This document shows positions 1-10,328 of a stretch of 37,406 nt of DNA, piece by piece. A program made the translations under genes and the position numbers. Numbering within the stretch: the first letter of the stretch is position 1; the number at the start of each line of letters is the position of its first letter. Under the pieces are notes generated by a model, which saw only the letters and a program-made list of their open reading frames with translations, was not told where the DNA came from and searched no databases. This DNA comes from an uncultured delta proteobacterium (GTDB lineage: Bacteria > Myxococcota_A > Polyangia > Polyangiales > Ga0077539). Location of the stretch: NCBI GenBank assembly GCA_903860995.1, contig CAIOSS010000042.1, forward strand, positions 1-37,406. Reading direction: 5' to 3'.

Positions 1-63
1 GAGTTCGAGGTCACCTCACAGCTCGGGCGAGGCACGGTGGTGCGTGCGCTGAAGCGAATCTGA
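1..63 (+). CDS. 3' end of an upstream gene (partial), probably a GHKL/HATPase_c-type kinase
   Basis: Frame +1 reads [20 protein letters not shown] followed by TGA at 61-63. The G-x-G-T plus hydrophobic strand is the usual C-terminal ending of HATPase_c kinases. The start lies outside the window. Confidence 0.35.
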   Translation, partial: EFEVTSQLGRGTVVRALKRI

Positions 64-103
64 TGAGAAGCAGAAACGACCGGCGTCGGCGCGGGGAGGC
101 GGG

Positions 104-2809
104 ATGATCCCGATCGGTGAACTCGACGTCGGAGCGGACGACACGATCGTCTTTTCGCGGCGACAGGTGTGGGCGCTCGGACGGGCGCTCGGCGCGACCG
201 AGATTCAGGCAGTGCGGTGCGCGTTGGACTTCTCCAGCTGGGCGCGGTCGCTGCGCCGCGTGAGGCCAGGCGACGGTCGAATCACGGTGGAGTTGGAGCA
301 CCTGCCGGGGGACACGCGGCTGCGCGTGACCGACCACGCCGGGGATACGCGCACCTGGCCGCTCGTGACGGCGGCGCGGCTCGACGCCGGGGCCATCGAG
401 CGCCTGCGCGAGATCGTGGCCAAGCGCCCGGAACGGATCCTCCACCGGCAATTGGAGGCACAAAACCAGGAACTCGTGGCCAACAAGGCCTCGCTGGAGG
501 AGATCATCTCGACGCGCACGCACGAGCTGGTGCGCGCCAAGGAGCTGGCGGAGGAAGCCACGCGGGCGAAGTCCCTCTTCCTCGCCAACATGAGCCACGA
601 GATCCGCACGCCGATGAACGCCATCATCGGCCTGTCGCACCTCGCGCTGCGCACGGAGCTGACGACGCGGCAGCGGGACTACCTCCAGAAGATCCATCGC
701 TCGAGCACGAGCCTGCTCCGACTCATCAACGACATCCTGGATTTCTCGAAGATCGAGGCCGGGCGGCTCGACCTCGAGACGACCGAGTTCGATCTCGCGA
801 CGGTGCTGGACAACCTCCGCGTCGTCGCCGAGCAGACCGGCAGCGAGAATGGCATCACGCTCGAGTTCGACGTCGACCCGAGGCTGCCCCCGGTGCTCGT
901 CGGGGACGCGCTCCGACTCGGGCAGGTGCTGCTCAACCTCACCTACAACGCCATCAAGTTCTCCGCACAAGGCGCATCGGTGGTCGTCGCGGTGCGCGCG
1001 CTCGAGCACGACGGCGGGCGCACCCGCATCGAGTTCGCGATCCGCGACATGGGCATCGGCATGACCCCGGAGCAACGCGGGCTCCTCTTTCGCGCGTTCA
1101 CCCAGGCCGACGGCTCGGTGACGCGGCGCTACGGGGGGACGGGCCTGGGCCTCTCGATCTCGCAGCGCCTTGTGGAGATGCTCGGCGGGGAGATCAAGGT
1201 CGAGAGCGCCCTCGGCGTCGGCAGCACGTTCTCCTTCGCGCTCTGGCTGGAGAACGGCCAGTCGTACCTCGCCGGGACGCATACCTGCCCGGAGCGGCTC
1301 CACAGCAAGCGCGTGCTGATCGTCGACAAACAGGACTTCTTCCGCTCACTCCTCGAGGAGCAGGTCAGCGCGTGGCGCATGCGGCCCGACGGGGTGGCCA
1401 CCGCGGAGGAGGCCATCGAGCGGATGCTTGCCAGCGCCGAGGAGGGCGACCCGTACTCCATCGTCCTGCTGGACTGGACCCTCAAGACCCTGAGCCGGGC
1501 CGAGGCGGTGCTCCGCCTGCGCCGCGCGGATCCGTCGGTGCCCATCGTCATCGTCACGGCCCACGGACGCGACGACTCCCGCAGCGAGGCCCTTGAGGCG
1601 GGCGCCAACGCGATTCTCTACAAGCCCGTCAGCACCTCCATGCTCTTCGACTCGGTCGTCGACCTGCTGCGCGTTTCGGACGCCCTGCGGCCCGCCGCGC
1701 CCACCGTCGATGCGGACAGCGCTCGGCTCGCCGGGATGCGGGTGTTGCTGGTCGACGACAACGCGATCAACCGCCAGATCGGGACCGAGGTGCTCACGCA
1801 GAGCGGGGCGACCGTGGAGACCGCCAACGACGGCGAGGACGCGCTGAGCCGGTTGGAGCAGGACGCGCGTGGCTTCGCGCTGGTGCTGATGGACCTCCAG
1901 ATGCCGGTGCTCGACGGTTACGCCACCACGACCCGGCTGCGCGCCGTGCCCCGGTTCGCAAACCTCCCGATCGTCGCTCTGACCGCCAACGCGACACGCG
2001 AAGAGCGCGACCGCTGCCATGCGCTCGGGATGAACGAATATCTCACCAAGCCGATCGACCCGGAGCGGCTGGTGCGCACGGTGCTCCGCTTCCGAGACGG
2101 CGGTGACCCGAAGGGCGCGGACGCCGACGCGGGCCAGCTCCCGCTCGCGGAACTGGCCGCCCCGATGGAGTCGGTGATCGAGCGGAGCCGCGGGCTGCGC
2201 TTCGTCGGCGAGAACGAGCAACTCTACCAGGTCATTCTGCGACGCTTCGCGGCGACGCACGCGAGCGTCATCGAGGAGATGCGCGATCTCCTGGCGCGCG
2301 GCGACCGGGCGGAGGCGCGGAGGCTCGCACACACCATGACGGGGCTCGCCGGGACCATCGGCGCCCGGCCGCTCGCCGAAAAGGCGGGCGACCTCGAGCG
2401 TCTCCTGCTGGGTCCGGCGCCGGTGACCGAGGCCGACCTGGCGCCCCTGCGCGCGTGGCTGCCGCGCACGCTGCTGGCGATCGAGGACCTCCTCCGGGCG
2501 AGCCCTGAGATGCTCCCGAGCCTGCCGCCGCCACCCGCCCCGGAGGCCTGGAGCGCGGAGTCTCAGAGCGAACTCCTGCGGCTGGCGGAGATGCTCCGCG
2601 CGCAGAGTCCGGCCGCGCTCGAACAGTCGCGCGCCCTCGAGCCGCTCTTGCGGGCGCGCCTCGGCGCCACCTGGGGAGAGTTCGCGAGGGCGCTCGAAGA
2701 CTTCGAGTTCGACACGGCCGTTGGGCTGCTCGCCCCGCTGTCAGCGAGCGCTCCCGCGGCCACGTCCGGAACGCTCGACGACCCACCCGCACCCGCGGAG
2801 ATCGGGTAG
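104..2809 (+). CDS. Hybrid sensor histidine kinase / response regulator (input domain - HisKA - HATPase_c - REC - REC - Hpt)
   Basis: 901-aa ORF with ATG at 104 preceded by GGGGAGG. H-box [12 protein letters not shown]-box [12 protein letters not shown]1 DMGIGM, G2 GGTGLGLSI. Two receiver domains (IVLLDW..., [13 protein letters not shown]...LTKP) and a C-terminal Hpt ([12 protein letters not shown]). Confidence 0.9.
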   Translation: MIPIGELDVGADDTIVFSRRQVWALGRALGATEIQAVRCALDFSSWARSLRRVRPGDGRITVELEHLPGDTRLRVTDHAGDTRTWPLVTAARLDAGAIERLREIVAKRPERILHRQLEAQNQELVANKASLEEIISTRTHELVRAKELAEEATRAKSLFLANMSHEIRTPMNAIIGLSHLALRTELTTRQRDYLQKIHRSSTSLLRLINDILDFSKIEAGRLDLETTEFDLATVLDNLRVVAEQTGSENGITLEFDVDPRLPPVLVGDALRLGQVLLNLTYNAIKFSAQGASVVVAVRALEHDGGRTRIEFAIRDMGIGMTPEQRGLLFRAFTQADGSVTRRYGGTGLGLSISQRLVEMLGGEIKVESALGVGSTFSFALWLENGQSYLAGTHTCPERLHSKRVLIVDKQDFFRSLLEEQVSAWRMRPDGVATAEEAIERMLASAEEGDPYSIVLLDWTLKTLSRAEAVLRLRRADPSVPIVIVTAHGRDDSRSEALEAGANAILYKPVSTSMLFDSVVDLLRVSDALRPAAPTVDADSARLAGMRVLLVDDNAINRQIGTEVLTQSGATVETANDGEDALSRLEQDARGFALVLMDLQMPVLDGYATTTRLRAVPRFANLPIVALTANATREERDRCHALGMNEYLTKPIDPERLVRTVLRFRDGGDPKGADADAGQLPLAELAAPMESVIERSRGLRFVGENEQLYQVILRRFAATHASVIEEMRDLLARGDRAEARRLAHTMTGLAGTIGARPLAEKAGDLERLLLGPAPVTEADLAPLRAWLPRTLLAIEDLLRASPEMLPSLPPPPAPEAWSAESQSELLRLAEMLRAQSPAALEQSRALEPLLRARLGATWGEFARALEDFEFDTAVGLLAPLSASAPAATSGTLDDPPAPAEIG

Positions 2810-3109
2810 TGGGCTCTCTGTAGATCCGAGCAGATTCGTTCGGGCGAGGGTGCCGTTCACGCGGACGATCTCGCCCGACCGGATCGTCGTCGGCTCCCGC
2901 TGCCAGAACAGCGCGAAGTACCCCTCCAGGATCTCGGCGCGATCCTCCGTCAGTTGGGACCCGTCGCAGGCGGCAGTGTCGGTCGCGTCCAGGGCGGCGA
3001 GGGCTCTACCGCGCCCGGAGCTTCTCGCCCACCGCCCCCCAACCCCAACGCCGTGACCGTATCGACCCCTACAAACCGAGGGATTCAGGCGCCACCTGCG
3101 GAACCCTGC

Positions 3110-3589
3110 TCAGAGGTCGGTCGGGGGAGGCGGCGGTATCGTGCGTGCGAACACGGTCACCACGAGCGGCTCACCCTCGCTGTCAAACCGTGTTGACTGT
3201 ACAGCCACAGAGTCAGGAACATGCAAGCTGCTGTCGAATCCCTCTGCGACCGAGGGTAGCGACAGGGTCGCAGGGCCAGTGAGCAACCCCTTGAGGTTGC
3301 CCCCGATGATGTTGGCGACCTCGCCCATGGCGTCATTCACCTCCTCGGCCGACGCCTCCTCGGGCACGACGCCAAACATGGCCGCTGCCGCCCGCCGCGC
3401 CGCGGCGGACGAGCAACCGATCGTGATGGTTCCGCTCCACGAGCCGCTGATGGTCACCCAACTCGTCACGTAATCATGGCTCTCCTGCGGTGGGGCGCTC
3501 TCCCACTGCAGGCGCAGGGGCATCCCGAGCATCGTGCTCCAGACGCTCTCGGTGACCTCTTGAATACACTCATCTTTGAAGGACATCAT
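3110..3589 (-). CDS. cheX: CheX-type CheY-P phosphatase
   Basis: The ATG at 3589 overlaps the cheR stop (ATGA). 159 aa. The CheC/CheX active-site motif D-x3-E-x2-N is present as DAMGEVANIIGGN. The track start at 3622 would overlap cheR by 37 nt. Confidence 0.75.
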   Translation of the reverse strand: MMSFKDECIQEVTESVWSTMLGMPLRLQWESAPPQESHDYVTSWVTISGSWSGTITIGCSSAAARRAAAAMFGVVPEEASAEEVNDAMGEVANIIGGNLKGLLTGPATLSLPSVAEGFDSSLHVPDSVAVQSTRFDSEGEPLVVTVFARTIPPPPPTDL

Positions 3590-4422
3590 TGACCTCGCGC
3601 GCTGGGACGGGGGCGGTGACAAGTAGTGTTTCCGATGTGCACGTGCTCAAACACATCCTGAACGCGGGTTGTCGTCTCCGCGCAACCGAGAAAGAGGTAG
3701 CCGTCTGGCGCGAGCGCCGTCCGCACGCGGCGAAGCACCGCGGAGCGTGTCTCTTCATCGAAGTAGATCAACACGTTGCGGAGAAGCACGATGTCGGCAT
3801 GAGGAAACGGCTCGGTCGGGGCGACCAGATTGGAGGGCTTGAACTCCACCATCGAGCGGATACTCGCGTCAAGCGTCCACTCGGCGCCGTCGCGCACGAA
3901 GTACTTCACCAAAAGCGCCGCCGGGAGCCCGCGGTTGATCTCTAGCTGCCGAAAACGCCCCGCGCGCGCCCGCGCCACGACCGACTCGGCGAGATCAGTC
4001 CCAAAGATCTTCACGCGGCCATTCGGCAACCCGGGGAAGTGCTCCCGCAGGAGCATGGCGATGCTGTACGCTTCTTGCCCGGTCGAGCAGGCCGCCGACC
4101 AGATGCGGATCGGATGCGCTGGCGAGCGGGCGGCTAGAAGCGCCGGAATCACATGGTCGCGCAGCGCATCGAAGGGATGTAAGTCGCGGAAAAAGGTCGT
4201 CTCGTTCGTGGTCAGGGCCTCGACTATTTTCTGGTTGAGCGCCCCCGAACCGCCAGATCTGGCGCCCTTGATCACTTCTTCGACCGTCGGAAAGTTGAGC
4301 TCTCGCGCCAGCGTCGAGAGGCGCGCCTCGATGAGGTAGTACTTGTCGGCGCCCAGTACGATGCCGGCCCGTCGGTAGACGAGTTCTCGTACGTAGTCGA
4401 GCGCCGCCGGAGAGGTGCTCAC
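3586..4422 (-). CDS. cheR: Chemotaxis protein methyltransferase CheR
   Basis: 278 aa. N-terminal CheR helical domain (TTNETTFFRDLHPF) and SAM-binding fold (IRIWSAACSTGQEAYSIAM). The GTG start overlaps the cheB stop (GTGA). Confidence 0.9.
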   Translation of the reverse strand: MSTSPAALDYVRELVYRRAGIVLGADKYYLIEARLSTLARELNFPTVEEVIKGARSGGSGALNQKIVEALTTNETTFFRDLHPFDALRDHVIPALLAARSPAHPIRIWSAACSTGQEAYSIAMLLREHFPGLPNGRVKIFGTDLAESVVARARAGRFRQLEINRGLPAALLVKYFVRDGAEWTLDASIRSMVEFKPSNLVAPTEPFPHADIVLLRNVLIYFDEETRSAVLRRVRTALAPDGYLFLGCAETTTRVQDVFEHVHIGNTTCHRPRPSARGQ

Positions 4423-5483
4423 GAAGCAACCTCCCGCATTCCTGTGCCCTTGCGATTTCGCAGCCGCTGCACGATCTCACGCTCCAATTCGGTGAGAGGC
4501 AGCACCGCCTGCGCCAGGCCTGCGCGGGCGACGAATCCCGGCATACCCCAAACGACAGAACTCGCCTCGTCTTGAACGATCACCTGCGCACCCACCGCGC
4601 GCAGACGCTGACAACCAATCAGGCCATCCTGGCCCATCCCGGTCAGCACGACTGCCAACGCTCCTGGTCCATACGTTTCTGCGGCCGAACGGAATAGCAC
4701 ATCGACCGAGGGGCGACATGAATTCTCCGGCTGGTCACGATTGAGAAAGAGCTTGATGTGCATTCCCTCTCGTCGCGTCGTCACGTGAAAGTCGCCCGGC
4801 GCGATGCGCACCATGCCCGGCGCGAGAATCTCTCCGTCGGCCGCCTCGGCGACGTCGCTGCCGGTCTGCGCCGCCAGTCGTCGAGCAAGCTGCTGCGTGA
4901 AGACCGGCGGCATGTGTTGCACGATGACCACGGGGACAGGCATCGTCTGCGGGAGCGCGCGGAGCAACGTAGTGAGCGCGTTGGGCCCTCCGGTCGACGC
5001 CCCGATCACGATCACGTTGATGTCCGTGTTGAAGCGCCCCGCCTCGCGCGGGGCCACTTGCCCGGCCTTCACGCCGACTTCGGGGAATAGGGCCAGAATC
5101 TTCGCGATCAGCTGCTCGCGAATCTGCCCGATCGTCGCGGCTCCAGGCGCCCCGGAGGGCTTCGGAATGCTGTCCACCGCCCCCAGGGCGAGGGCCTCCA
5201 GGGTTGACCGGGCCGCCCGCTCGGTGATGGCACTCACCATGATCACTCGCACCTTCGGGAAGAGCTTGCAGATCTGCCCGAGGGTCTCAAGACCGTCCAT
5301 GCCCGGCATCTCGAGATCGAGCGTGACCACGTCGGGCTGTGTATGGGCCATGCGTGCGAGGGCCAGGCGACCGTCGGAGGCGGTCCCGATAACCTCGAGT
5401 TCGGGGACGTCTGACAGCGCTTGTGAGAGCGCGCGCCGGGCAACGACCGAATCATCAACGATGAGCACCTTGATGGGGGGCAT
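4419..5483 (-). CDS. cheB: Protein-glutamate methylesterase/deamidase CheB (REC + CheB_methylest)
   Basis: 354 aa. Receiver (KVLIVDDS...DVVTLDLEMPGMDG) followed by the esterase domain (VIGASTGGP, VQHMP, GMGQDG). Confidence 0.9.
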   Translation of the reverse strand: MPPIKVLIVDDSVVARRALSQALSDVPELEVIGTASDGRLALARMAHTQPDVVTLDLEMPGMDGLETLGQICKLFPKVRVIMVSAITERAARSTLEALALGAVDSIPKPSGAPGAATIGQIREQLIAKILALFPEVGVKAGQVAPREAGRFNTDINVIVIGASTGGPNALTTLLRALPQTMPVPVVIVQHMPPVFTQQLARRLAAQTGSDVAEAADGEILAPGMVRIAPGDFHVTTRREGMHIKLFLNRDQPENSCRPSVDVLFRSAAETYGPGALAVVLTGMGQDGLIGCQRLRAVGAQVIVQDEASSVVWGMPGFVARAGLAQAVLPLTELEREIVQRLRNRKGTGMREVAS

Positions 5484-5488
5484 GAGCT

Positions 5489-5890
5489 TCAGTGCGTTGC
5501 GAGTCCGAGGATCGCCAGCTTTTCACGCAGCGCATCCTGCGTGAACGGTTTCATCAGATACTCGTTGGCGCCCGCAGAGAGGGCCCGAGTCATCTGGTCA
5601 AGCTCCGTCTCGGAGGTGACCATGACCACGCGCATCGAGTTGAACGCATGATCACCACGCACCGCGCACAAGAACTCGAACCCGTTCATCTCGGGCATGT
5701 TCCAGTCGACAAGCGCGAGGTCAGCTGCCCCGAGTTCGCGCAGCCGCGCCAGGCCGTCGGCGCCATGCACGGCCTCGGCGATCACCTCGCACCCGACTTC
5801 CATGAGGTTCTTTCGTAGAATCGACCGCATGGCACGCGAATCGTCGATGACGATCACCCGGGGTTTGCGTTCCACGCCATCGATCAGCAC
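5489..5890 (-). CDS. cheY: Single-domain CheY-like response regulator
   Basis: 133 aa. [11 protein letters not shown]...[13 protein letters not shown]...MVTSE...KPF. GTG start at 5890 overlaps the MCP stop by 7 nt. Confidence 0.85.
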   Translation of the reverse strand: MLIDGVERKPRVIVIDDSRAMRSILRKNLMEVGCEVIAEAVHGADGLARLRELGAADLALVDWNMPEMNGFEFLCAVRGDHAFNSMRVVMVTSETELDQMTRALSAGANEYLMKPFTQDALREKLAILGLATH

Positions 5891-7620
5891 GAGAACTGCT
5901 CCGAGAGAGACTGGAGCGCAATCGCCATCTGGGCCATCTCGGCCGCGGCGCGCTGCGTGTCCGTCGCCCCGGCCGAGGTGCTCTGCGCCGACGCCGCGAC
6001 GACGGTGATCGTATGGGCGATCTCCCCGCTGCCCTTGGCGACCTCCGTGACGCTACGGGTGATCTCGTTGGTGGTCGCGGTCTGCTCCTCGATCGCAGCC
6101 GCGATGGTGTTCTGGATGTCGCTGATCTGGTTGATGATCTGCCCGATCTGCGCGATCGCAGCCACTGCGCCCCGGGTGCTAGCCTGAATCGAATCGATCT
6201 TCTGGCTGATGTCCTCGGTCGCCTTGGCGGTCTCCTTGGCGAGCTCTTTCACTTCGTTGGCCACCACCGCGAAGCCCTTGCCGGCCTCTCCGGCGCGCGC
6301 GGCTTCGATGGTCGCGTTGAGCGCGAGCAGATTGGTCTGCTGTGCAATCGAGGTAATCACCTTGATGACCTTCCCGATCTCGGCGCTGCTTTCACCGAGT
6401 CGGGCCACGGTGGCGTTGGTGCTCTCCGCGACCTTCACGGCTCCGGAGGCCACGCGGGTCGCCTCGGAGGCGCTCTTGGCAATCTCCCGGATGCTCGCGG
6501 TCATCTCTTCCGAGCTCGCCGCGACGGTCTGCACGTTGGTGCTGATCTCCGTGGCGGCGGTGGAGACCACACCCGCCTGCTCCGCGGTGCGCTCGGAGTC
6601 GTCTCCCATCGTCTTGCTCACCGTGGTGAGCTGAGAGCTGGCGGCGGTGAGCTGCCGCGCCCCCTCGGCGATCTGGCCGAGAATCTCGCGCAGGGAGACC
6701 ACCACCTGGTTGATGGCAAGGCCGAATGCGCCGTCGATCACGACATCGAGCACCGAGTCATTGAGGCGCTTCCCGGCGATCGCCTGCACCTGCTGGGTGA
6801 GCTGCTGGACGTTGGCCTTCAGCTGGTCGAGGTGCTCGGTCTTGTCGGTCTCTTCGTCCTGCGAAACGTCGATGTCGAATCCCATCGACTCGATCGTATT
6901 GAGAAAGAACGAGTCACAAACCGCCTGCATGTCGTAATTGAAGACCCGGGAGAGCGCCCGCTCGGCGCGCGCGACGAAGTCCGCATCCTCAAAAGTGGCC
7001 TGCAGGTGGTTCTTCGCCAGAAACTGATATTCAGCGTACGCGCCGATGTACCACTTCATGGGCAGGTCGATCTGGTCATGGAGCCAGCCGATGTGCAGAC
7101 GGCTCTCGAAGTAGGCCTCGTCCCACATGTTGTTGGCGCCCTCGAAGACGCCTACGAAGTAACCGGTCTGGGCAGCTTCGAGGTGGCGGCGGAGGTTGCC
7201 CAACGAGATGCCCTTGCGGTCGGCGTAGGCGCCGAAGAACTCCCGGGTGCGCGAGAACGCGAACTGCCAGTCGTAGAACTCCCGCGCAATGGTCGGCGCA
7301 TGCTCGCGGGCCCAGGGAATGAGTTCGATCATCAACTCCCGGTCTTCGTCACCCAGCCGCAGGAACTCCCGCCGGTAACCGAGCGTGCGCTCGGTGATGC
7401 CGTAGCGACGCGTAAACTTCTTGCTGTCACCCTCGGCCCCCGGCGGCCGTCCCGCGGAGCCGTTGCCGACGCCGCGGTGCGAGGCCGGGCCCGGACGCCC
7501 GACGGTGGTGGGCGCTGCGCCCCGCGCCGAACCAGTAGCGAATCCACCCGCGGCCGCTGCGGCGCGGGAGGGAGGGGGAGGAGGAGGAACGGCCGGGGAC
7601 TTCTTGCTGGTCGGGTTCAT
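5884..7620 (-). CDS. Soluble globin-coupled methyl-accepting chemotaxis protein (protoglobin sensor + MCP signalling domain)
   Basis: ATG at 7620 with GGAG about 9 nt upstream. The track start at 7680 is TTG, and the 60 nt in between have low third-position GC. No TM segment seen. Pro/Gly/Ala-rich tail, then a protoglobin-like region ([11 protein letters not shown]...FYDWQF...[22 protein letters not shown]), then the MCP hairpin [34 protein letters not shown]. Confidence 0.85.
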   Translation of the reverse strand: MNPTSKKSPAVPPPPPPSRAAAAAGGFATGSARGAAPTTVGRPGPASHRGVGNGSAGRPPGAEGDSKKFTRRYGITERTLGYRREFLRLGDEDRELMIELIPWAREHAPTIAREFYDWQFAFSRTREFFGAYADRKGISLGNLRRHLEAAQTGYFVGVFEGANNMWDEAYFESRLHIGWLHDQIDLPMKWYIGAYAEYQFLAKNHLQATFEDADFVARAERALSRVFNYDMQAVCDSFFLNTIESMGFDIDVSQDEETDKTEHLDQLKANVQQLTQQVQAIAGKRLNDSVLDVVIDGAFGLAINQVVVSLREILGQIAEGARQLTAASSQLTTVSKTMGDDSERTAEQAGVVSTAATEISTNVQTVAASSEEMTASIREIAKSASEATRVASGAVKVAESTNATVARLGESSAEIGKVIKVITSIAQQTNLLALNATIEAARAGEAGKGFAVVANEVKELAKETAKATEDISQKIDSIQASTRGAVAAIAQIGQIINQISDIQNTIAAAIEEQTATTNEITRSVTEVAKGSGEIAHTITVVAASAQSTSAGATDTQRAAAEMAQMAIALQSLSEQFSC

Positions 7621-7676
7621 CGAGAGGGTCTCCGCTGAAGTAATCTGTTGCTTGTGAGAAAGGCTTAACGTTCCGC

Positions 7677-8120
7677 TCAACTTCGGGCTTCGCGACCCTC
7701 GGTGATGCCGATGGCACGCTCCGCGTCCAGCACCAGGAGGAGTTGGTTGTTGAGTTTGTAGAGCCCCTTAAAAAGCTCGCGGTCGCCGGCGGCAATCGTC
7801 TCGGGCAAGGACTCGAACATCTCTTCGGAGACCTCGACCACGTCGCCGATCTCATCGACCAGCAGGCTTACGTTGCCCCAGTTGGTTCGAATCACGACGT
7901 TCATGGGCTGCCGATCCTCAGGACGCGGCGGCAAGCCCATCCGCGCACGCAATTCAATCGCGGTCACGATCTGCCCACGAAGGTTGATGAGCCCACGAAT
8001 CTCCGGCGCCGCCAGCGGTACGCGAGTCATCTCTTGATAGCGAATCACCTCCTGGACTCGGGTCACGTCGACGCCGAGGTAAAGGTCATTGAGGTAGAAG
8101 GTACAGAGTTGACGGGGCAT
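7677..8120 (-). CDS. cheW: Coupling protein CheW
   Basis: 147 aa. Typical CheW pattern ([22 protein letters not shown]...[14 protein letters not shown]...[10 protein letters not shown]). Sits in the operon between cheA and the MCP. Confidence 0.9.
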   Translation of the reverse strand: MPRQLCTFYLNDLYLGVDVTRVQEVIRYQEMTRVPLAAPEIRGLINLRGQIVTAIELRARMGLPPRPEDRQPMNVVIRTNWGNVSLLVDEIGDVVEVSEEMFESLPETIAAGDRELFKGLYKLNNQLLLVLDAERAIGITEGREARS

Positions 8121-8138
8121 CGTCGGGTTCGCTCTTTC

Positions 8139-10328
8139 TCAGGCAGCCGAGCGCTTCTCGAGCAGCGCTGGATCAAGGGCCTTGATGACGCTGACCACGT
8201 CCAGCAGGTCGGTGACCTTGCCCTGGATCGTCGTGGAGCCGAAAAGCCCTGGCGACGCTGCGTCGCACTCGATATCCGGGGTTTCATCGACGATGTCCAC
8301 GATGCGCCGCACGACCAGCCCGAAGCGGCGGCCGTGCTCGGCGTAAACGATAACCTGCAGTGACTCGGTCAACTCCTGCGTGTGGCCGTTGCCAAAGAAC
8401 TCGCAGAGATCGATCAGCGGGAGAATCTCGCCGCGGTATTGAACGACCTTCCGACGCCCCGCCCGCTCGACCCGCGTTCGCGCGAACTCCTCGAGGCGGG
8501 CGACCTTCGCGAGCGGGAGAGCGATTCGCGAGTCATCGTCCACCTGGAAGAGCAGCAGCGCCTGCCTGGACTTCGCGCTGGCATCGAGCGCCTTGTCGTC
8601 GGTGCGCATCCGTTCTCGGCTGGCCGTCATGATGCCGGCGCGCTTCGCCACGCCGAGCACGTCAAGGATGAGCGCCACACGTCCGTCGCCCATGATGGTC
8701 GCGCCGGCGAAGACCGAAACGTCCTTGATCTCCCGTCCGAAGGGCTTCACCACGATTTCACCGGTGTCGCTCACGCCATCGACGACCAGGCCGAAGGGGC
8801 GGTCATCCGCTTGTACGACCACGATGTTGAGCACGTCGTCCTCGGCGATTCCCCGGGGGGCACCGCCAAGCGCGGTGCGGAGGTACACGAGCGGGAGGAG
8901 ATTGCCGCGGAGCCGAAAGATGGGCGCGCCCTGAAGCGTCTCGATGCCCGCGAGCGCCTGAGCGCCTTCGAGGCGGACGAGCTCAAGCAGGCTCACCTGC
9001 GGAATGGCATAGCGCTCGCCATTGTCATGAATCACCAGCGCCGGGACGATTGCGAGGGTGAGGGGAATCTTGATCTTGAGGACCGTGCCTCGACCGAGGA
9101 CGCTGTGCACCTCGACGGTGCCGCCAATCTTCTCGACGTTCGTGCGAACGACGTCCATGCCGACGCCTCGCCCGGAGAGCCGGGTGACCTGCTCGGCGGT
9201 CGAGAATCCGGGCTTAAAGATCAGCGCGATCGCTTCGGCCTCGGTCAACCGGGCCGCGCGCTCAGCCGAGATGATCCCCCGGCGGATGGCCGTTTGCTTG
9301 ACGCGCTCGGGGTCGATGCCTGCGCCATCGTCACTCAGGTCGATGTTGACGCGTCCACCTTCGTGAAAGGCCCGGAGCGAGAGGCGCCCGGTCGAGGGCT
9401 TTCCCGCGGCGACACGCACGTCGGGCATTTCGATGCCGTGGTCGATGGCGTTGCGAACCACATGCGTGAGCGGGTCACGCACCGCCTCGATGATCGTTCG
9501 GTCGAGTTCCGTCTCAGCGCCCTCCATCTCGATCTCCACCTGCTTGCCGCAAGAGTAAGCGAGGTCGCGTACCACACGGGGAAACTTGTTGAGCACGTTG
9601 CCGATCGGCTGCATGCGCGTCTTCATCACCCCCTCTTGCAGTTCGGTGGTGATGAGATTGAGTCGCTGCGAGGTGCCCGCGAACGTGGCGTCACGATGAT
9701 CGACCAGCTGCAGGATCTGATTGCGAGCGAGCACGAGTTCGCCGACCAGGTTCATAAGCCGATCGAGGAGCCCAACGTCCACGCGCACGCTCGTCTCGGC
9801 GACCTGGACTTCGCGAAGTTCGAGGTGCTGCTCGACGGGCGGCGACTCGCGCAGGACCGAGCTGCGGTCCACGGTCGGGACCAGCGGCGGCGGCGGCAGA
9901 GTCAGGGGGACACGCACGCCGTTGGGCGGTGGAAGAGCGCTCGGAGCCATGTGCAGCCTGTTGAGCATATCGACGAGGGACCGATAGTCACCCTCGCCCT
10001 CGTTCCCATGCTGCTCGACTGCTTCGAGAATCTGTCGCACTGCGTCGCACATCGCCAGGAGCGACGTGGTCATCCGGCCGGTGAACTTGATGCGCCCGTC
10101 TCGCAGCCGACTGAGAAGGTTTTCGCCTGCGTGGGTGACCGACTCCAGCTGCTTGAAATCGAGGAACCCCGCAGTGCCCTTGATGGTGTGCACTGCCCGA
10201 AAGATCCCCGCGATGCGCTGCTGGCCCGCGGGTTCGCGCTCCAGAGCAACCAGTTCTCGGTCGAGCAGGTCGAGGTTCTCGCGGCTCTCCGCCAAAAACT
10301 CCTGCAGGATTTCATCGTCAAGTGTCAT
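8139..10328 (-). CDS. cheA: Chemotaxis histidine kinase CheA with two tandem CheW-like domains
   Basis: ATG at 10328 (MTLDDEILQEF). P1/Hpt AVHTIKGTAG; HATPase boxes HVVRNAIDHGIE, DDGAGID, GRGVGMDVV. Two successive CheW-like regions follow (ORF-track residues ~445-578 and ~603-735). No receiver domain. Confidence 0.9.
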   Translation of the reverse strand: MTLDDEILQEFLAESRENLDLLDRELVALEREPAGQQRIAGIFRAVHTIKGTAGFLDFKQLESVTHAGENLLSRLRDGRIKFTGRMTTSLLAMCDAVRQILEAVEQHGNEGEGDYRSLVDMLNRLHMAPSALPPPNGVRVPLTLPPPPLVPTVDRSSVLRESPPVEQHLELREVQVAETSVRVDVGLLDRLMNLVGELVLARNQILQLVDHRDATFAGTSQRLNLITTELQEGVMKTRMQPIGNVLNKFPRVVRDLAYSCGKQVEIEMEGAETELDRTIIEAVRDPLTHVVRNAIDHGIEMPDVRVAAGKPSTGRLSLRAFHEGGRVNIDLSDDGAGIDPERVKQTAIRRGIISAERAARLTEAEAIALIFKPGFSTAEQVTRLSGRGVGMDVVRTNVEKIGGTVEVHSVLGRGTVLKIKIPLTLAIVPALVIHDNGERYAIPQVSLLELVRLEGAQALAGIETLQGAPIFRLRGNLLPLVYLRTALGGAPRGIAEDDVLNIVVVQADDRPFGLVVDGVSDTGEIVVKPFGREIKDVSVFAGATIMGDGRVALILDVLGVAKRAGIMTASRERMRTDDKALDASAKSRQALLLFQVDDDSRIALPLAKVARLEEFARTRVERAGRRKVVQYRGEILPLIDLCEFFGNGHTQELTESLQVIVYAEHGRRFGLVVRRIVDIVDETPDIECDAASPGLFGSTTIQGKVTDLLDVVSVIKALDPALLEKRSAA

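Noticed and set aside
7621-7680. TTG start at 7680 for the MCP, overlapping the cheW stop
   Set aside because: The 20 codons between 7680 and the ATG at 7620 have low third-position GC (about 11 of 20). They also contain the GGAG that serves the ATG, so this is more likely an intergenic leader.
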